Origin: Octopus sinensis
Lineage: Eukaryota
Direction of reading: 5' to 3'
NCBI RefSeq assembly: GCF_006345805.1
Contig: NC_043006.1
Span: 63,798,001 to 63,862,000, forward strand
Length of the DNA stretch: 64,000 bases
Shown in pieces: positions 1-11,649 of the stretch; the first letter of the stretch is position 1; every line of letters starts with the position of its first letter. The notes beneath the pieces were generated by a model. It saw only the letters and a list, made by a program, of their open reading frames with translations, was not told the origin of the DNA and searched no databases. Made by a program: the position numbers and the translations under genes.

Positions 1-768
1 GAGACTTTTTGAACACCTTGTATTTACCATATTTGCTCATGCATAAGTCACACTATTTTATATTTGATTTTAACTGAATAAACCAGGGTGCAACTTTTCT
101 ACACTAAGATGCCCTTCTTGTCACAAACCCTCACTTGTTTCCAAACAAGGTAACATTTCTTCATGGCCAGACATGTTTTCACAGAATATTGGACATGAAT
201 GACACTGCTTGTATGGTAGGGAGACTCATTTACAACTGTCATACAATGTCAAGGCAAGGAGACACAAACATACACACACATGCATACATATGCACAAGTG
301 ACCCCTGGGAATCTAGATCAATGGACCAAGTTCAATTCTTGGTTGTTGTAATTTTGTTCAGTCTAAACCAGAGGTTCTCAAACTTTTTGGGCCATGTCCC
401 CCCTCATAGCTACATAACACCCTCAACGCCCCACCCCTATTTTTATGTATAAATAAATATTTTATATTTTACTAATTTATATGCAATACTATATTATAAA
501 TTCATAGCATCCCCCAATCCACTGCCTTCGTTCCAATGCCTCCTTTTTCTCTGCTGTCCCCTTAGGCACCACTGCCCATCTGGACCCTCTCAATGCCCAC
601 CAGGAAGTGGGGGGGGGCGATAGCGCCCACTTAACCTATGCTCTAAAGCTATTGAGAATGTCTTATACCGATGCTTCCTAATCCCTGAAGAACTCATTTA
701 TACAACAGCAACAAGAAAAATATCAACATCAACAATGTCAGACGGGAAATGTCGAACATCAACCTTAC

Positions 769-859
769 TTTGCTCAAAGCTTCCTCTTCAGCTTTCTTCT
801 TTGCCAATAACTCCTCCAAAGATAAAGGCACTTTTGCAGGTGCAGATTTGCTTTTCTTC
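769..859 (-). CDS. DDX23: DDX23 third coding exon (91 nt)
   Basis: KKSKSAPAKVPLSLEELLAKKKAEEEALSK contains the PLSLEELLAKKKAEEEA motif characteristic of DDX23/Prp28; GTCAG acceptor, AAA|GTAAGG donor. Helicase exons lie left of the window. Confidence 0.92.
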
Positions 860-892
860 CTGACAATGAAATGATAGAAACAGTGTATTAGA

Positions 893-1320
893 AACACTGA
901 CTTTTATTCTCTTAATTTTGATATTAATGAAAAAGTTTGTAAAATAACTTCGCCATTATTAAGATGGTCTTCAAAACAAATTAACATGAAATTTTGACAA
1001 AAGTCTTTAATTTAGATAACTTTAAAACATAAAATTTGCATCATTGATCCAGAGGCAGTCAGGGGGGGAGGGGGTATCAAAAGTTCAAAATGGTAGGATT
1101 TGAGCTGAGTGAAATTTGATGCATGCACCCTGCCACACACACACATGTGTGTGTGTTAAATTTTGATCTTAATCTTGTAAGTCAAAATTTCATGTTAATT
1201 TGTTTTGAAGACCATCTTAATAATGGCAAAGTTATTTTACAAACTTTTTCATTAATATCATAATTAAGAGAATCAAAGTCAGTGTATTTTGATAACAAAA
1301 TGGTTAAAAAGGAGTAAAGA
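893..1320. mobile_element. Inverted pair of piggyBac-like MITE copies
   Basis: ~895-998 and ~1181-1285 are reverse complements with few mismatches; diverged relative of the 42049-42512 family. Confidence 0.7.
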
Positions 1321-1532
1321 ACACATTGGGTACTTCAGTCCTAGGTGTACCAAGTAGGCACAGGCATGGCTGTGGTAAGATGTTTGCTTCTCAACTACAT
1401 GGTTCTGGCATTCCTAATGTCAATCACCATACAGAGTGCTTTAATGCACTAAAAACATTTTTTATCTTGAATATGCACTACCGAAATTGGGAGTGTGCAT
1501 CTAATGTGACTATACACCAAAATACTTTTCTA

Positions 1533-2182
1533 TAACTAAACCCTTTCAAACTTCGTATACTGGTAGAATGTGTCATATAAAATATCTTTTACTCTTAGCG
1601 TTTTTGAGAAAAACTTATATTTATGAAGTTATTTTGTGTTAAAGTTGTCGTATTTTGGTAATTTCAACCAATCAATCACATGTATTTAGCTGAATAAAAT
1701 TACTGCCGGCATTTATCAACAACTACCGGCGGTGTATTTTTCATTTGTCACTGTTATTTATGACATCGTTCGTGCATTAGTATTGGTTTTAGCTTTAGGG
1801 GGTTAGGGTTTTAGAGTTAGGGTTAAGATGTTGGGGTTGGGATTTTAGGGTTAGAGTTACAGAAAAAAAATGAAAAATGAAGCACAAACGATTATGGTGG
1901 TGCCATGAAGTAAACATGCTTCAGATACACTCGTTTATTCATACAAACGTAACTGAGATGAAATATGTCATAAATAACAGTGACAAACGAAATATACACC
2001 GCCGGAAGTTGTTGACAAACAACAACAGTAATTTATTCAGCTGAATACACGTCATTGATTGGTTGAAATTACCGAAATATGACAACTTTAAAAAGAAATA
2101 ACTTCTCTCAAAAACGCTAGGAGTAAAAAATATTTTATATGACACATTCTACTAGTATACGAAGTTTGAAAGTGTTTAGTTA
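1533..2182. mobile_element. Long-TIR MITE with internal degenerate TTAGGG tract
   Basis: Arms ~1533-1765 and ~1965-2182 are inverted repeats (TAACTAAACCCTTTCAAAC / GTTTGAAAGTGTTTAGTTA); G-rich TTAGGG-like run ~1785-1860. Confidence 0.75.
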
Positions 2183-2238
2183 CAAAAAATTATTTTCTAA
2201 ATCAGTCAAAAGGTAAAGATCCCTGTGCATATAATACA

Positions 2239-2315
2239 AGTGTGCATCTAATATGAGTGTGCATCTAATATGAGCATGTATCTAATATGAGTGTGCATTT
2301 AATAAGACTGTGCAT
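2239..2315. repeat. 17-bp minisatellite (AGTGTGCATCTAATATG, about 4 units)
   Basis: Directly visible tandem units; resembles subterminal repeats of pogo/Tigger-like elements. Confidence 0.7.
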
Positions 2316-2397
2316 CTTTTATGCTATTAAATATATCATCAAAAAAATAGAGTATGGTTATAGACCACCACCCAACAACAAGACAGCAGCAACTTAC

Positions 2398-2535
2398 TCG
2401 TCTTTGATTTTATCTTTACTCTTGTGGATCTGCTCTTTGTGCCGCTTTGCCTTCGGCCGTTCCCTGCTTCGGCTGCGATGTCGTTCCTTGCTGCGACTTC
2501 TGTTTCGACGCCTTTCACGATTGCGACTGTCCTGC
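2398..2535 (-). CDS. DDX23: DDX23 second coding exon (138 nt, phase 2-2)
   Basis: TTTGCAG acceptor and GA|GTAAGT donor; reads QDSRNRERRRNRSRSKERHRSRSRERPKAKRHKEQIHKSKDKIKD. The ORF track shows a different frame here. Confidence 0.85.
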
Positions 2536-2777
2536 CTGCAAATGACAATGACTCAGCCATCAGATGTCTCCCCACCAATCATACACAACAGGAGGCTTTT
2601 ACACACACACATATATTTTTAAATAGTATATATATATATAAAAATAATAATAATGAAATTATTGTATACAGTACTCAGGTGCACCACAACTTGTCAGAAT
2701 GTGCATATAGAGTATATGCAGTAATGTACAAATGTCTGGAAAGCGAACAATGTATGAGTCAGATACATGCTTGTGTG

Positions 2778-2825
<48 letters not shown>

Positions 2826-3581
2826 TATATATATATAATATATATATTATATATATATATTATATTGACTGAATAACTAAATAGCGTTTTGTTTCTAATT
2901 TATACATATATATATAATATATTGTGAATTTTGATTTAGTGTGCTAAATTGAAATTTTTTCCCTGTTAGCTTGGAATTATTACATTCCCTAACTATTAAT
3001 AATATTAATATATATATATATATATATACATATATCATATATATATGTGTGTATGTATATATAATCATCATTTAACATTCACTTTTCTATGCTTTGCATA
3101 GGTTAAGCAGAATTTATTGCGAGAACCAGATGCCCTTCCAGTTACTAAAATTCACCCATTTCCAAACAAAGTAATATATCCCCATGGATGGACATGTTTA
3201 TTATGGAAGACAGGAAACAATGTCGCTCGCACAATGATAATGATGCTCATTTATAACCGTCACGTTATGTCTAAACTAGAATGCACATACACACATACAT
3301 AGATATAAGATTCTTTACAACATATCCACACACAAACACATGTGCACTGACATTACTTTATACGTGTCACCAACAATTGCATTGATATGCATTTCTCATA
3401 ATTAACTTTAAACTCATTTCTTTCTATGAAGTGAAAAAGCAATCCAGGAACGATTATGTGAAGCTAGTTTAGTCATTCTTCAGAGATAATCTTATGATAT
3501 GGTGACAGGGTTTATTTACATAGAGAGGTGAAAGAAATGCTCATTAAACTAAATATCTATTTACCCTATTACTTTAGTTAA

Positions 3582-3619
<38 letters not shown>

Positions 3620-4118
3620 CGAAGACCAGGAACTACAAGCCAATTAGTGCATTCTTAAGATAAACGCATTGGTCAGTGGTTCGATAGCTATCACGACTCT
3701 AGGGGCCTAATATTAATGTATATATATTGTCTGATTATGTAGAGACCCTTGTGTACTACTTTGCCTAGGGGCCTATAGTACAGTTAAAGGACCCTGAGGT
3801 CAATGTTTGTATGCAGTAGGTCGAACTGGTAGAAATAATAACCAAACTCCCTCAAATCAACTTTACCGGCTTGACAAGCGAAGGACGTGCTACCCTTAGA
3901 CATATGATTGAAAATAAAATACTGGGTAGTCATAATTTGGAACGTCATTGATCACATAGGTCTCTTTTCTTAGAGTTGGCCTGGAGCTAAGTAATAATAT
4001 AGAGCATGATGACTCTACGCTGGACGGCAATCTAACTAAGATATCAACAATGTATCATTGTGGACGGCAATAACTAAGATATCAACAATGTATCATAACA
4101 GCTCCGTAACTCACTCAC

Positions 4119-4315
4119 CTGTCTCTACTTCGTGATCGATGTTTGGATTTTTCTTTGCTATGATGCCGTCTTTCGTGATCTTTCGACTTCGATCGCTCTA
4201 GTTTCGGAGACTTGGAAACCGCAGCAGTCGTTTTGTCTTTCTTGCGATCGAAACCCAGATCCTCTTTGTCAGAAGAGTTGCCATGCCTTTCTACCCTTTT
4301 ATCGTGATCATCCAT
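4119..4315 (-). CDS. DDX23: DDX23/PRP28 first coding exon (RS/RD-rich N-terminus)
   Basis: ATG at 4315-4313; encodes MDDHDKRVERHG...KHRSRSRD(R); ends AG|GTGAGT (phase 2), in phase with the next exon; CAG acceptor at 4322-4320 just upstream of the ATG. Confidence 0.85.
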
Positions 4316-4649
4316 TATGCTGACGTGAAATGGAATGATACTTGACGTGAATCAGGACCGAAGTTAACTTACCCAGAGTGACATAAAAACTGTGTGTATA
4401 TATAATAGAGAGAAAGAGAGAAGGACCTTATATTTCTGATAAATAAAATGTATCAAGAAAGATATTTCCGTCTGATAAAAATATGGAGTGAAACTGACTG
4501 ATAGATGAAAATTAGAGAGGACACATATGAATTACGGATGGAATACTATGAATAAAGTACAGCTAAGATATCCAGTCAAACTGAATTGTCAGCCAAATTA
4601 TGTCTGTTTTGTTGTAGAAATAAATTCAAAAACATTTAAGAAATGAAAT

Positions 4650-5085
4650 TAGCTGCCATCTTGGTAACAAATACTAGTCACGTGACATAAGTTATACAGA
4701 GAAAATGGGAGGGAAATTGAAAAGAGTTACTCAATCTAAGGGAGAGAATTTAGTTGTTACTCTTGTATAACCACGTGTCGGCCCTTAGTTGGGTTCACGT
4801 CTGAAAAAAGGAAGAATGGTTTCGTTTTAGTTAGCATTGGCTTGTTTGGCGGGTGCAGAAGAATAGCTTTTGTGATGCAGTGATGCAGCCAGTTTGTTTG
4901 TCGTATGGTTCTGATGTATTTAAGAATTTTTTCGTTGTTATTTAGTATGGAAAGGTGTGATTCTATCAGATTGTTTATAGTTTTTGTTCTAACCATGTGT
5001 TGTTACGTTGTTGTTCTTTAAAATAGAAAGGTGTACTTAGAGGGAGATTTGGTGGTGGCTTTCAAGCTGGTCGCGCGACCATGTA
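4650..5085 (-). promoter_or_regulatory. Candidate DDX23 promoter/5' region
   Basis: YY1-like AAGATGGC on the minus strand (~4654-4662), palindromic E-box GTCACGTGAC (4677-4686), 14-bp palindrome TGGTCGCGCGACCA (5068-5081). TSS cannot be fixed from sequence. Confidence 0.4.
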
Positions 5086-6005
5086 GAGTCCCCTTTCTAG
5101 GGGTAAAGAAGAAACTGAAATTACTCTTTTTGTTTTTCAAATAACTCAAATATAAGAATAATTAACAATAATCATTGCCTGACGACCTTCGCTCCTTCAC
5201 ATCGTACCAGAGGGATGAATGTATCTCTGAGGAAAAAAAGAAAAATACTATTTTGGTATGGAAATAATGAAATACTTCGACAGTTTGCAACACGACTTAC
5301 ACATAAACCCTGTTTAATTGTTTTGCTTTATTAATGTTTAATTTTGGCTCTTGAATGGTCCGATGGGTACCGTTTGAAAAAGATATTGAAGCATGACATT
5401 TTATAATAATAATGATAATAATGAAATTATTGTATACAGTGCTCAGGTGCACCACAACTTGTCAAAAGTGCGTATAAAGCATGTTGCTGTTTAGCCTTAA
5501 TCCTGCTTGATCCAGCAGAATTATGATTTGAAACTTTCTAGCCGTCATCATTCCGTTTAGGCAAGTGTGTGTAATTTTATAATATATTTTTCTCAAAAAG
5601 GAATTAAATATAGCCCAATGTGGATCTTGTTCAATTTCTTCCAACCACTTGACGTTTTTCAAATTTTTACAAGATTATTTTCAAAAAATTTAGTCCTGAT
5701 GTAATTTTTCATGCTAATGAAAATCGCTTTCATTTTTGTTTCTAGAAATTATTAATAAAGAAGCTACGAGCCTTTAATGTTATTGATTTTTCTACAATTC
5801 CTCATCCTTTTGAAGATTTACTACAAAATCTTGTAAAGAATATTTATTGACCTAAAGAGGTACGCGCAATCTTCACTTTTGAATACATCACCATTTCTAA
5901 TGAATTAACAAAAAAAATTTAAAACAAGTTATAAAATGCAAACTACAGAAGAAATACCAACATAAAAATATCTTCTTAATAAAAATCGGTTTAAAAAAAA
6001 AGCTC

Positions 6006-6117
6006 TGCCCTGGGTGAGGCTCGAACTCACAACCTCCGCATATCTCCCGACTTGTGACTAACACAAGGAAGGTACTGTCTATAAGTACGGCGCGCTAACC
6101 GATTGTGCCACCGGGGC
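6006..6117 (-). tRNA. tRNA-Ile(UAU) copy 1, 38-nt intron
   Basis: Cloverleaf GCCCCGG-TG-GCAC-AATCGGTTA-GCGC-G-CCGTA-CT-TAT-A/intron/A-TGCGG-AGGTT-GTGAG-TTCGAGC-CTCAC-CCAGGGC-A; T-run terminator 5993-6001; C5-A68 and A12-C23 mismatches. Confidence 0.9.
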
Positions 6118-6472
6118 AGGCGCAGCCAAATCAAAAATTTAAGTCAATGAATGACCAACTAATTAATCTGTTGATATATATATATATATATATAAATATT
6201 ATTGTCTACTTTTACTGATAATGTCATCAGATCTCGTAAGTCCAGAAATGAGGAAGTGAGAGCGAAAGACAAACAGACGGAGAAAAGGTGTGGGCGTACA
6301 TGTATGAGTGCGTGTTCGCTTGTAAGGGAGACAACTGGGTTTTGCTTTATTTAGTAAATGTGGTGAACCAATGACTCGATGTTCTATGCGTCCAGTTGCG
6401 TGCTCCTCCACCCCACCCCATCACTACCACCACCAATTTTTCATAAAACTTTCAACAAATATGTCTTGGATG

Positions 6473-8014
6473 GAGGTCAATATACAGTTTGAAACCCTTT
6501 AACGAAAAAAAAAAAAACAGCGTGCTAAGTGTAAAAAAATGTGTAGAAAATGAATATGAAAAAAATTGCGCAAACGAATGGGGTGAGGGAGAGGACTTGC
6601 GGAAAATTTACAAGATCCGATTTTTCCCACATAACTTTCAGGAAAATGGATATATAGGAGTGGCTGTGTGGTAAGTAGCTTGCTAAACAACCACATGGTT
6701 CCGGGTTCAGTCCCACTGCGTGGCATCTTGAGCAAGTGTCTTCTGCTATAGCCCCGGGCCGACCAATGCCTTGTGAGTGGATTTGGTAGACGGAAACTGA
6801 AAGAAGCCTGTCGTATATATGTATATGTATATGTGTGTCTGTGTTTGTCCCTCTAGCATTGCTTGATAACCGATGCTGGTGTGTTTACGTTCCCGTAACT
6901 TAGCGGTTCGGCAAAAGAGACCGATAGAATAAGTACTGGGCTTACAAAGAATAAGTCCCGGGGTCGATTTGCTCGACTAAAGGCGGTGCTCCAGCATGGC
7001 CGCAGTCAAATGACTGAAACAAGTAAAAGAGTAAAGAGTAATATATTAATGGAATTTTATAGGAACAACTTTCAAGCAGCATAGAGTGCGATTATAAAGA
7101 AATTTGTGGGGAAAATATTTTCCCGAAGGGGTGGGAGATGATTGTCGGAAAGTTCACACAATCCGTTTTTTTTTTCCCTCATAACTTTCAGAATCTAGTT
7201 TAACGCTCGGTTACCAAGACGAAAAAAACAATCCAATAGGTGTAAAAAAAAAATAAATAAATAAAAAAGTAGAAATCGAATATGAAAAAAAAATTGCGCA
7301 AACGAATGGGAGGTAGCCAAGTTATACCTCCCTCTCTCGAATCGTTGCCATCAAATAATTACCAACCAGACGAAACTATGTACATGTATGTTTGCACGAA
7401 TTTTTGTTTTCATATCCGTTTTCTACATGTTTTTTTTTACACCTATTAGACTCGGTTTTTTTTTGTTTGTTTTTTTTTTCATTTTGGTGACCGGGCGTTA
7501 AACTAGATCCCGAAAGTTATGAGGGATAAAAAAAAATGGATCGTGTGAATTTTCCGACAGTCCTCTCCTCACCCTTCGGAAAAACATTTCCCCCACAAAT
7601 TTCTTTACAATCGTAATCTATGCTGTTTGAAAGGCGTTTCTGTAAAATCTCACTAAAAGATATCCACTTTCCTGAAAGTATTGAGGGGAAAAAAACAGAT
7701 CGCGTGAATTTTCCGATTGTCCTCTCTCCACCCCTTCGGGAAAACATTTTCCCCACAAACTTCTTTATCATCGTAATTTGTGCCATTTGAACGGTATTTC
7801 TATAAAATTTCATTAATATATATCTATTTTCCTGAAAGTTGTCAGGGGAAAATCGAATCTTGTGAATTTTCCGAAAGTCTTCTCCCCACCACTACCCGTT
7901 CGTTTGCGCAATTTGATTTTCTCATATTAGTTTTCTACACATTTTTTTACATCTTGTAGGCTGGGTTTTTTTTTTCTTTCTTTCGTTAACGGGTCTCAAA
8001 CTGTATATTGCCTC
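6473..8014. mobile_element. Foldback-like element 1 with internal ~150-bp repeats, SINE inserted in left arm
   Basis: Termini GAGGTCAATATACAGTTTGA / TCAAACTGTATATTGCCTC; arms inverted along most of their length; GGATG on both flanks. Confidence 0.8.
6656..7040 (+). mobile_element. tRNA-derived SINE, family 1 (representative copy)
   Basis: Head GGAGTGGCTGTGTGGTAAG...GGTTCAGTCCC, CORE-like CTTGAGCAAGTGTC, internal (TA/TG)n, tail GACTGAAACAAGTAAAAGAG. Further copies at about 12990-13387(-), 15570-15945(-), 20499-21600(+), 28490-28830(-), 30820-31220(-), 34920-35065(+), 38630-38950(-), 40240-40497(+), 42525-42845(+), 45930-46282(-), 56873-57140(-), 61725-62090(-). Confidence 0.85.
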
Positions 8015-8488
8015 GGATGGGAGCAGCAGGTAATTGACACAACTCATCAAAACATATGAGGAAACAAAGTTGAAATATGTGTAATTTATCCACTCCACCT
8101 CCTCGTTTTTTCACATCAAATCTCGACATATTCGTAATTTACACAATCTAAACGAATTTGTAGAAAATTTTATTTATTTATTTATTTATTTATTTTTTTA
8201 GAAAGTTATGACGAAATAAAATGGGGTACTTCTCCGCCCCTCCGAAAAAAACGTTTTTGCAATAAATTCCGATACAACTTTTATCTAAAAGGTACTTCTG
8301 GAAAATTTCATTAGAAAGCATATAATTTTCAGAAAGTTATGAGGAAAACAAAGTCGGCGGGGTAGCATTTATTTGTGGTTATTCCGTGCATATAATAGTC
8401 ACTGAGTAACGGAATACTGTAAGTTGCTGGGATTATAACTCATTGACGTATAGTGGTTTCGTGCCATTTCAGCTGAAACACTCTAGAC

Positions 8489-8689
8489 CAGTGGTTTTCA
8501 ACCAGGGTTCCGCCAGTACAGTTCAGGGGTTCCGCAAGAAGTTACAAAACTGCTAAAATCGGCAGTAATTTTTAATACTCCTGTGCAGATATGTGTGCAT
8601 AAGACTATTAAATTATTGCACAGGGTTTCCTCGAGCCAGTGGAATGTTTCCTTGGGGTTCCGCTCCAGCAAAACGTTTGAAAAGCACTG
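8489..8689. mobile_element. hAT (Charlie-like) MITE
   Basis: TIRs CAGTGGTTTTCAAC / GTTTGAAAAGCACTG and a perfect 8-bp TSD CTCTAGAC. Confidence 0.88.
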
Positions 8690-9298
8690 CTCTAGACTCT
8701 CTCATCTCTCTTCTCTTCTCGTGCCCCTAGTCACTCCAAATATTCGGCTTCCCTATCACCGATGATCTTTCTTGGCAAAAGCACAACCTTAACGTAGCCA
8801 GAACCCCATCTCAAAGACTGGCCCTTGTCTTCAAGACATAAAGTACTTCAATTCCCAACGATTGCTGACAATGAGGCCTATACTGCTCCCACATCTGGAA
8901 TGGTGTTGCCATGTATACAGACATCTTGGGTTGCATCCAAAGAAGGCCTGCTGGAGCAGGTGACATTATCTACCAATATTTAATTCAATGAAATGTCAAT
9001 AAAAATATCATGTGTACACCGTGATGTAGAATATGAAATGCTGGGGGGTAATATCAACGCGGTTTTAATTCTTGATGAAAGACATTATCGCACAACTAAG
9101 TGTTCGAGTAGTTATGTACGGACCGACAATGCAGTTTATGTTGTCAGACAAAAAGTATTTTCAAACAATTGGAATAATTTCAGTAATGAAAAATGAAAAC
9201 GTTCTATCATCCGTCACTTTAACGATAAAATACAGTATTTGTAGGACTTTCAGAAATCCTTGATTGAATTAAATATGGAATGACGCAGTTGTCTGTCT

Positions 9299-9403
9299 GC
9301 CCTGGTGGCACAATCGGTTAGCGCGCCGTACTTATAGACAGTACACTCCCTGTGTTATTCAGGAGGGATGCGGAGGTTGTGAGTTCGAGCCTCACCCAGG
9401 GCA
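9299..9403 (+). tRNA. tRNA-Ile(UAU) copy 2, 31-nt intron
   Basis: Perfect acceptor stem GCCCTGG/CCAGGGC, TAT anticodon, intron after position 37, T9 terminator at 9410-9418. Confidence 0.93.
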
Positions 9404-10840
9404 GTATTATTTTTTTTTCCATTTATTTATTATAGATTATTAATTACATGCAAGGCTTTATAAGGTTGTTATTACAAAGTGCATGATATTAATATTGTAT
9501 TTATATTTCAATTTCTGCTTATTTCGCTTGACGTTTTATTCTCACCTATTACTTTATCCACCCACCAACCACTTTACCCATCTTCCATCCGTCATTTCAT
9601 CGACCCACCCATCATTTTGTCCAACTCACCAAATTATAACCTCACTGATAACTTTTACTAAGTATCAATAACTTCGTCCACCCACTTTCACACAATCCTA
9701 CAACCAACAATTCCACACCCACCCCTTCCCATCATTCTGTCCAGCCTATCTAATCACCCCCGTTATTCTACTCGCAACAGTTCCGGGTTAAGAAAACCAA
9801 GGGTAAGAACTCCCCAGATCAAATCGATTAAAAAACTCCAATGAAGTAGGGAGTGAGTGTGATCATTAATAGCTTCCAAGACAACTCCAGTTATGTTTCG
9901 GTCATATTATGCCTCGTCCGTGAATCATAGTCTAACAATTTTCAAATGTTTTTGTAGATAATGAAGAACGTTTACATTCTCAACCCATGTCATAAAATTT
10001 TATCTTGGGCGAGGATTCACAGGTGAATAAGAGAATAAGAAGACTCCAGTCGATCTAATTGTATAAAACTCATAGAGCTATACGGATGGTCACTAAGGAA
10101 AAAGAAAGCTTCAAGGCGTCAGAGAAAGTAACCTGAAATTGTCACTGTAACTAGTAGAGATTTGGACTCAGAACGTAAAGAGTCAGAAGAAATGCGGTTA
10201 AGCATTTTTGTCTCATTCGCTAACGATTCTGCCAACTGGCCGTCTTAAGCTTATCAGCTATAATTCTTTCTACTCTAGGTACAACACCTGTAATTTTGGG
10301 AGAGGGTGTTAGTTGATTACATCAACCACCAGTGCTTAACTGGTACTTAATTTATCGAGCCCGAAAGGATAAAAAGCAAAATTGACCTCGGCGGAATTTG
10401 AACTCAGAACGTAAAGATTATCCGCTATATATCAGTGTTTAATTAATTATTAGCAACAGCAGTATTGAAATGAAAAGGTGATCTTTATATTCAACTTAAC
10501 ATGGATGCCTTGTTAGAATATTGCGTTACTAGCCTTGAAAGATCATTTCTTATAGGCGTTTGGTACATAGAAGCATGCGCATAGATCGTAGAAGACGAGA
10601 ATCGTCTGTTAGGAGGGCCGGAATCCCCATATCATGTGATTTCGGTCTGCTGGACCTCATCAATGGAAAGCGCCGGGCACCACATTCCAGTCAAATATCG
10701 CTTCTGCGATGTATAGAATACTAACATCTTTTCAAACACTGATGTCGCAAATAGCGTGATATGGAAATTCCGGAACCCATGACTGCTACGACACGTGTGT
10801 ATGTCTGTTTATAATAAATAAATGGAAAAAAAAATAATAC

Positions 10841-10945
10841 TGCCCTGGGTGAGGTTCGAACTCACAACCTCCGCATCCCTCCTGAATAACACAGGGAGTG
10901 TACTGTCTATAAGTACGGCGCGCTAACCGATTGTGCCACCAGGGC
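10841..10945 (-). tRNA. tRNA-Ile(UAU) copy 3, 31-nt intron
   Basis: Inverted near-identical duplicate of copy 2 (T-loop TTCGAAC versus TTCGAGC); same terminator and ~120-bp upstream flank. Confidence 0.93.
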
Positions 10946-11649
10946 AGGCAGACATCTGCGTCATTCCATATTTAATTCAATCAAGGATTTTCGAAAGTTC
11001 TGCAAATACTGTATTTTATTGTTAAAGTGACGGATGATAGAACGTTTTCATTTTTCATTACTGAAATGATTCCAATGAAGACAGCCAGCCGAGAGGATTG
11101 TAAGCACGATTGACAGAATGCTTAGCGGCATTTCGCCTGTCTTTGCGCTCTAGGTTCAAATATTTCACCGAGATCGACTTTGCCTTTCATCCTTTGGGGG
11201 TCGATAAATTAAGTACCAGTTACGTACTGGGGTCGATCTAACCGACTGGCACCTTCTCCAAAACTTTCGGGTCTTGTGCCTAGAGTAGAGAAGAATATAC
11301 AAGGTTGGCCAAAAGTCACCTGACAGTTAATAAGAGAGGATCTCTCAAGACCAATAACGCAGTATTCGGTCTTCAAAGTTTGATACATAGACCACCTTTT
11401 AGTGTTTAACACTTAATGTTAAAAACATTTTAATGTTTAATATTTCATGTTATAGTATATCAGTGTTTTATCAGATGTACTAGAAGATAAACTCGTGTTT
11501 ATCGTTATTTTAGTGTGTGTGTGTTAAGTAATAAAGTAATAATACTGCAGACCGATACTTTGTATGATATATTTCCTTAATTTTGATTTTAATGGGAAAA
11601 TGTGTGAAGTCTTACGATAACTGCAATTTAAAAAAAATTAAAATACCGT

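Noticed and set aside
1785-1860. True telomere or interstitial telomere
   Set aside because: Short, degenerate and internal to a TIR element.
2339-2578. 79-aa minus-strand ORF as the DDX23 exon frame
   Set aside because: Splice phases require a different frame (the RS-rich one).
4021-4096. ~40-bp tandem duplication near a DDX23 donor site
   Set aside because: Real, but most simply a local slippage event with no evident function.
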